Positions 24,727 through 29,370 of a stretch of DNA of 29,370 bases are shown here, piece by piece. The notes beneath the pieces are model-generated. The model did no database searches, was not told the DNA's origin, and worked only from the letters and a program-made list of their open reading frames with translations. Origin of the DNA: Patescibacteria group bacterium (GTDB lineage: Bacteria > Patescibacteriota > Minisyncoccia > Phycocordibacterales > GWA1-40-21). A program made the position numbers and the translations under genes. The number at the start of each line of letters is the position of its first letter. Position 1 is the stretch's first letter. The stretch covers positions 1 through 29,370 of the forward strand of contig JAGXAA010000002.1 of the NCBI GenBank assembly GCA_018971765.1, written 5' to 3'.

Positions 24727-25257
24727 TTACATTACTTCACACTTATTAGAAAATACATAATGGTTGCTTTTCATTGCCGTATGGCACTCATAGCAACCCT
24801 TAACAGGATCGATGTTTTTAGAAACTTTTGTTTTTCCGTCAAAAGCCTCAAAAAACCACCCGCCTGTTGTTGTTGCGGGGGAATATTTTATCATTACGGC
24901 GATCCAATTTGGATCGCCCTTAATGACATCGCCATGCGGTCCCTCCGGGATTGGTTCATTGAACTCAAGAACCAATCTGCTTCCTTCAGGATATTCCCCC
25001 CTGCCACTTTTATAAGTTGGCAGAGCGGTATCGCTGACAAGCACCCTTTGAAATCCGTAAAAGGGGCTTGTCTTGTCCAACACCACTTTTGACGCAGTGT
25101 TGGTCCAAAACTGGTATCCGTCGGGATACCCATTGTGCAAGACAACTGTCACAGCCGGCTCGGACTCGGACGAAGGACTATTTGTTGTCGTCGCGCAACC
25201 CGCGACATAAATAAAAAATCCAAAAAACGCCACCAATAACCCCAAAATTTTTTTCAT
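24727..25257 (-). CDS. Lipoprotein with a C-terminal CxxCH haem-c-type motif (possible cytochrome P460 / c'-beta-like fold)
   Basis: Start placed at the internal ATG (MKKILGLLVAFFGFFIYVAGC) with lipobox VAGC; the longer ORF-track start lacks a signal. The C-terminus reads ...TGGWFFEAFDGKTKVSKNIDPVKGCYECHTAMKSNHYVFS. Confidence 0.5.
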   Translation of the reverse strand: MKKILGLLVAFFGFFIYVAGCATTTNSPSSESEPAVTVVLHNGYPDGYQFWTNTASKVVLDKTSPFYGFQRVLVSDTALPTYKSGRGEYPEGSRLVLEFNEPIPEGPHGDVIKGDPNWIAVMIKYSPATTTGGWFFEAFDGKTKVSKNIDPVKGCYECHTAMKSNHYVFSNKCEVM

Positions 25258-25472
25258 CTTCAACCCCCACTTAAAAAAGTAAAAAAATAAAATACGCAAA
25301 CCTGCTAATTTTCTCCTTTCCTTAAAATTTTTCAAAATTCAATATAATCTGTATCTAAAAAATATACTAATCATTAATTTAAAAAAGTCAAGCCGCGCGA
25401 ATTTATGCCGGTTAATTCTCGTGATTTAACTACAAGACTTCACTCAAATCAGACATAGGATATAAGCATTTT

Positions 25473-26309
25473 TCATTGTCTCGCGCGCAAATCTTCGACA
25501 AATTCCGTTAAGCTGTCCTTGGCGTCAACGGTTTTTAAAGTAAAAAGGTCGTTTGAAGCGTGAAATACGCCCTTATAGCCGTCAGTGCGCGCCGCTACAA
25601 ATCCGTTTTCTTTTAAGATCGCGATTATTTCCTCATTGTAGCGGCCGAAAGGATAAGCAAAAATGTCGATTTTTTTGCCAAGATTATTTTCTAAAATTTC
25701 TCTGCTTCCGATTATCTCTTGGCGGAGCTCGTCTTTGTCGGTTATTTTGAATAAGTAAGGGTGAGATTTACTGTGGTCGCCGATTATCATTCCCGCGGCG
25801 GATAATTCTTTTATTTGAGGCCAAGTCAGAAAATGCTTATGTCCAATCGCGTTGGTAAAAATAAAAAAGGTGGCGATGTCGCCGTATTTTTTCAGAATGG
25901 GGAACGCGTACTTATACTGATTTTCCCAGCCGTCGTCAAGGGTGATAATGACGGATTTTTCAGGCAAAGCCGTCTTTTGCGAGAAGTGATTGGCCAAATC
26001 ATAAAGCGACATCGCGGCATAACCGTTGTCTTTCAGATAGCGCATTTGTTTTTCAAAAATGTCCGGCTCCACGGCGAATTTTTTTCTGAAATTTGATTCC
26101 GAAGGATAATAAGGCGACACGCTGTGATAAACAAAAATGGGAATTTTGACCGCTTCCGCCGAAGAGGAAGCGTTTTTTATTTGGCTGTTTGGATTCGCGC
26201 TGTTGCTCGCTCCTTGAGCCGACTTGTCTCCCGCGACATAGAGGCGGCTTATCAAGCCAAGCCCCGTCGCCAAAATAATAAAAGTGAAAATTTTTATTTT
26301 CTTTTTCAT
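25473..26309 (-). CDS. Polysaccharide deacetylase (NodB-homology / CE4 family), membrane-anchored
   Basis: N-terminal anchor MKKKIKIFTFIILATGLGLI at the chosen start; the ORF-track N-terminal extension looks non-coding. NodB motifs ITLDDGW, HSKSHPYL and FAYPFGRY are present. Confidence 0.75.
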   Translation of the reverse strand: MKKKIKIFTFIILATGLGLISRLYVAGDKSAQGASNSANPNSQIKNASSSAEAVKIPIFVYHSVSPYYPSESNFRKKFAVEPDIFEKQMRYLKDNGYAAMSLYDLANHFSQKTALPEKSVIITLDDGWENQYKYAFPILKKYGDIATFFIFTNAIGHKHFLTWPQIKELSAAGMIIGDHSKSHPYLFKITDKDELRQEIIGSREILENNLGKKIDIFAYPFGRYNEEIIAILKENGFVAARTDGYKGVFHASNDLFTLKTVDAKDSLTEFVEDLRARQ

Positions 26310-26392
26310 TTTTTTGATTAAAAGCAATTGTACCATATTTAAGACGATATTTCCGCTATTCAAAATTTGAGCATCCTTATTTTTTCTGAAAG

Positions 26393-26482
26393 TGTGGATA
26401 ATTTTAAAAGTTATCCACACTTTTTGTTTGCTTATGTGTGGCGAAGTGGGATAAAATGCCAGTGTTGTGGGAAGAAGTGGGA
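26393..26482 (+). promoter_or_regulatory. mraZ upstream control region: a perfect palindrome plus four phased GTGGG (MraZ-box-like) direct repeats
   Basis: Palindrome tgtggataattttaaaagttatccaca (26393-26419). GTGGG-type boxes sit at 26436, 26446, 26467 and 26477, a ~10-bp helical phasing, immediately upstream of mraZ ATG 26496. Confidence 0.5.
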
Positions 26483-26495
26483 AGTAAAAAATATT

Positions 26496-26930
26496 ATGCT
26501 CATAGGCGAATACAAACACGCGCTGGACGACAAAAAAAGGATTTCTCTTCCGGCGAAATTCAGGAAGGAGATGGGCAAGAAAATAGTCATCACGCCCGGT
26601 CTTGATAATTGTCTGTTTGTCTTCACTATGGGGCAGTGGAATAAAATTTCCGAAAAGCTTTCCCAGTCGTCAATGCTGAAGGCCGACAGCCGAAGTTTCA
26701 ACAGGTTTATGTTCGGCGGCGCGGTGGAGGTGGAGATTGATTCCATCGGAAGAATGCTTATTCCGGACTTTCTCATAGAGAGAGCCGGTCTAAAAAGCAG
26801 AGTCGCCGTCATCGGGGTGGAGGACAGGGTTGAAATTTGGAACGAAGAAGGGTGGATGAATTACAAGAAGATCGTGGAGAAAGAAGCGGACGCGCTGGCG
26901 GAAAAACTCGGACAGGTCGGGGTTCTGTGA
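26496..26930 (+). CDS. mraZ: Transcriptional regulator MraZ
   Basis: MLIGEYKHALDDKKRISLPAKFR and the second DxxxR repeat DSIGRMLIPDFL identify the duplicated MraZ/UPF0040 fold. Start at the internal ATG 26496. Confidence 0.9.
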   Translation: MLIGEYKHALDDKKRISLPAKFRKEMGKKIVITPGLDNCLFVFTMGQWNKISEKLSQSSMLKADSRSFNRFMFGGAVEVEIDSIGRMLIPDFLIERAGLKSRVAVIGVEDRVEIWNEEGWMNYKKIVEKEADALAEKLGQVGVL

Positions 26931-26941
26931 AAGCAACGGCT

Positions 26942-27874
26942 ATGACGATACACAAGTCAGTTCTTTTAAATGAAGCGATAGGAGGCCTTAATTTAAAATC
27001 CGGCGACATATTTTTCGACGGGACTTTGGGCGGAGGCGGGCACAGTCAAAAGGTCTGCGAGCTTTTCGGCAAGAGCGTCAAAATCATCGGAGTGGACAAG
27101 GACAGTCAAGCCGTGAAAAGAGCGACCGAAAAATTTGAAACTTTGGACTGCGATTTTAATTTTCAAACGGCGAGTTTCAGAAATATCGGCGAGGTCCTGG
27201 ATAATTTGAATCTCAAAGAGGTAAACGGAATTCTTCTCGACCTCGGTTTGAGTTCGGACCAGATTGAAGACTCGTCGCGCGGTTTTTCATTCCAAAAGGA
27301 CGAGCCGTTGATTATGACATTTTCGAAGGAATACGAAAACGGAACGACGACGGCTCAAACCGTGATAAACGAATGGAGCGAAGAAACTTTAGCGGACATA
27401 TTATTTGGCTACGCCGATGAACGCTACGCAAGAAAGATAGCCAAGAAAATTGCCGAGGTCCGCCGAATCAAGCCGATAGAAAAAACTTTTGAGCTTGTGG
27501 AGATAATCAAGAGCGCCGTGCCTGTCGGATACCGGAAAGGCAGGATACATTTCGCCACAAAAACTTTTCAGGCAATCCGAATCGCGGTGAATGATGAACT
27601 TGAAGCCCTGAAAGAAGGGCTTGCCGAGAGTTTCGAAAAACTTGCCCGCGGCGGAAGAATGGCGATTATTTCTTTCCATAGCGGGGAAGACAGGATTGTC
27701 AAAAACTTTTTTAAAAATAAGAAAGCGGTCAGCGGCGGATTTATCGCGACCAAAAAGCCGATCATTGCAAGCGAAGAGGAGCTTGCGAGAAACCCGAGAG
27801 CGCGAAGCGCGAAACTCCGAATTTTTGAGAAATCTACCGCGCCCATTTTAAATTTTGAACATCTTAAAATTTAA
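26942..27874 (+). CDS. rsmH: 16S rRNA (cytosine1402-N4)-methyltransferase RsmH (MraW)
   Basis: HKSVLLNEAIGGLNLKSGDIFFDGTLGGGGHS and FHSGEDRIVKNFF are RsmH signatures. Start at the internal ATG 26942; the upstream extension is Arg-rich junk overlapping mraZ. Confidence 0.9.
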   Translation: MTIHKSVLLNEAIGGLNLKSGDIFFDGTLGGGGHSQKVCELFGKSVKIIGVDKDSQAVKRATEKFETLDCDFNFQTASFRNIGEVLDNLNLKEVNGILLDLGLSSDQIEDSSRGFSFQKDEPLIMTFSKEYENGTTTAQTVINEWSEETLADILFGYADERYARKIAKKIAEVRRIKPIEKTFELVEIIKSAVPVGYRKGRIHFATKTFQAIRIAVNDELEALKEGLAESFEKLARGGRMAIISFHSGEDRIVKNFFKNKKAVSGGFIATKKPIIASEEELARNPRARSAKLRIFEKSTAPILNFEHLKI

Positions 27875-27895
27875 AATGGATGTTGAATAAAAAAT

Positions 27896-28228
27896 ATGAC
27901 AAAAACGATTAAAAACAAAATATTGAATATGGAACATTCAGAAAGAAAAATTTTCTGGTGTTTGGCGCTGTTTGTCGCCGCTTTCTCCGGGCTTTATATG
28001 TATTTTGTAAACGGCGCGATAGTAAATGTGGTGGAACGGCAAAAAATAGAAAAGGAAATCGCCGCGCTTAATTCGCGGATAAGCGATTTAGAATCGTCTT
28101 ATCTTGATCTGAACAATCAAATCAGCTTTAATCGCGCGCTTTCGATGGGATTTGTGAAAATGGCCGACGAGAAATATGTGTTCAGAAAAACACTAAGCGC
28201 GAACCTGTCATTCAATCAATCCAATTAA
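27896..28228 (+). CDS. ftsL: Cell division protein FtsL-like (single TM + coiled coil)
   Basis: 110 aa with a TM helix (IFWCLALFVAAFSGLYMYFV) followed by a heptad-like region (KIEKEIAALNSRISDLESSYLDLNNQI). It sits in the canonical rsmH-ftsL-ftsI position. Confidence 0.6.
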   Translation: MTKTIKNKILNMEHSERKIFWCLALFVAAFSGLYMYFVNGAIVNVVERQKIEKEIAALNSRISDLESSYLDLNNQISFNRALSMGFVKMADEKYVFRKTLSANLSFNQSN

Positions 28229-28261
28229 GAATATTAAGGATGCGGCAATCTATAATGAAAG

Positions 28262-29370
28262 ATGAAATCTAAATTTCAATCCAGGGTAAGGTTATTGTTT
28301 TTATTCGTCGCAACCGCAGCTTTGATACTTGTCGCCAATCTTTACGTAATTCAAATCTCCAAAGGAGAAATCTACAAAGAAAAAGCCGAACGGCAATATG
28401 TAAGCCCTTCGGAGTCAGTCTTTGATCGCGGTAACATTAATTTCTCAAGCAAGGACGGAACGATTATTTCCGCCGCAACCTTGAAGTCGGGATTCATTTT
28501 AGCCGTTAATCCCAAGAAATTGAAAAATCCGCAGGACGCCTATCGGAGGTTATCGGCTATTATGCCGATTGACGAGGCGAAATTTCTAGCGAAATCCTCA
28601 AAAAAAGACGATTCGCACGAAGAGATAGAAAAAAGAATCAGCGATGATAAAGCTGAAAAAATAAGCTCGCTTCAGATCGCGGGAGTGGAGCTTAGCAGAG
28701 AAAATTGGCGGATTTATCCGGGCGGAAAAATGGCGGCGAATACGCTCGGTTTTGTCGGTTATAACGGCAATTCCATTTCCGGACGATACGGATTGGAAAG
28801 ATATTACGAAGATATTTTAAAAAGGAGCGGAGACTCGGCGTATGTCAATTTCTTCGCGGAGATTTTTTCAAACATAAACAAAGTCGTTTCGCAAGGCGAC
28901 CGGAGAGAAGGTGACATAGACACCGCCATTGATCCAGTCCTTCAATCTTTTTTTGAAAATGAGCTGGCAAGCACGACGGATAAATGGCATTCAAAATTGA
29001 CTCTCGGATTGATTATGAATCCGATGAACGGCGAAATTTACAGCATTGCCGTTAATCCGACTTTTGATCCTAACGCTTACGGGAGCGAACCAGATGTAAA
29101 GATTTTCATCAATCCCGTCGCGGAAAATCTTTATGAAATGGGCTCAATCATAAAGCCTCTTACGATGGCGGCGGGTTTGGATTCGGGCGCGGTAACCGCC
29201 GACACGACTTACAATGACAAAGGTTTCCTCACTTTAAACAAGAGCACTATTTCCAACTATGATCATAAAGGCAACGGGATCATAAATATGCAGGAAGTGC
29301 TCAATAAGTCCGTGAATACCGGCGCCGCATTCGTGGTGAGCAAAATGGGCAAAGAAAATTTCGCGAAATA
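28262..29370 (+). CDS. ftsI: Penicillin-binding protein (FtsI-like class B transpeptidase), 5' portion; continues beyond the window
   Basis: Hand-translated from ATG 28262 with no stop to the window end. N-terminal TM (LLFLFVATAALILVANLYVI), then SIIKP (SxxK) and SVNTG (SxN) transpeptidase motifs. It is absent from the ORF track because it lacks a stop. Confidence 0.8.
   Translation, partial: MKSKFQSRVRLLFLFVATAALILVANLYVIQISKGEIYKEKAERQYVSPSESVFDRGNINFSSKDGTIISAATLKSGFILAVNPKKLKNPQDAYRRLSAIMPIDEAKFLAKSSKKDDSHEEIEKRISDDKAEKISSLQIAGVELSRENWRIYPGGKMAANTLGFVGYNGNSISGRYGLERYYEDILKRSGDSAYVNFFAEIFSNINKVVSQGDRREGDIDTAIDPVLQSFFENELASTTDKWHSKLTLGLIMNPMNGEIYSIAVNPTFDPNAYGSEPDVKIFINPVAENLYEMGSIIKPLTMAAGLDSGAVTADTTYNDKGFLTLNKSTISNYDHKGNGIINMQEVLNKSVNTGAAFVVSKMGKENFAK

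Noticed and set aside
26837-26941. Upstream extension of rsmH (MERRRVDELQEDRGERSGRAGGK...) and the ORF-track extensions of mraZ (26367), the deacetylase (to 26519) and the lipoprotein (to 25335)
   Set aside because: The extended N-termini are Arg-rich or non-hydrophobic and overlap neighbouring genes or promoter elements. Internal ATGs give canonical N-termini instead (MTIHKSVLL for RsmH, MLIGEY for MraZ, MKKK- with a TM anchor, MKKIL- with a lipobox).
1-29370. Searched for CRISPR arrays, tRNA/rRNA genes, transposases and integrases
   Set aside because: No direct-repeat/spacer architecture is present; both repeat families are palindromic and dispersed, not arrayed. No tRNA-like T-arm (GTTCGAATC-type) or acceptor patterns were seen. 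No DDE transposase or tyrosine recombinase motif was found in any frame, so the repeats are non-autonomous.

Overview
This 29.4 kb window is AT-rich, densely coding and mostly on the + strand. It looks bacterial and has the feel of a small-genome Patescibacteria/CPR-type organism (orphan solute-binding protein, short INS-less ProRS, many small exported hypotheticals); that lineage placement is inference only. The backbone is housekeeping: a DsbA-like oxidoreductase plus a partner membrane protein with two CxxC motifs, then infA-rpmJ-rpsM-rpsK-rpsD-rpoA-rplQ-rplM-rpsI. These are followed by a holB-like clamp-loader subunit, frr, rseP, a secreted peptidoglycan-binding-domain protein, proS, mreB-mreC-(mreD-like)-PBP2 and dgkA. 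After a convergent HAD hydrolase come a SAM methyltransferase and an orphan ABC-type substrate-binding protein. A divergent block on the - strand carries an SPFH/band-7 protein, an NfeD-like membrane protein, a lipoprotein with a C-terminal CxxCH motif and a polysaccharide deacetylase. The window ends with the start of a dcw cluster, mraZ-rsmH-ftsL-ftsI (ftsI partial). The most unusual locus is a tandem array of five paralogous small exported two-helix-hairpin proteins (19658-22633, TrbC/VirB2-pilin-like topology). Two carry Cys pairs and Gly/Ser-rich tails, and no type IV secretion ATPase lies nearby. Two families of structured palindromic intergenic repeats (4 copies and 2 copies) punctuate the window. 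Both show compensatory base changes between copies, and one copy sits in-frame in the 5' end of a pilin-like gene. No rRNA, tRNA, CRISPR array, transposase or integrase was seen.
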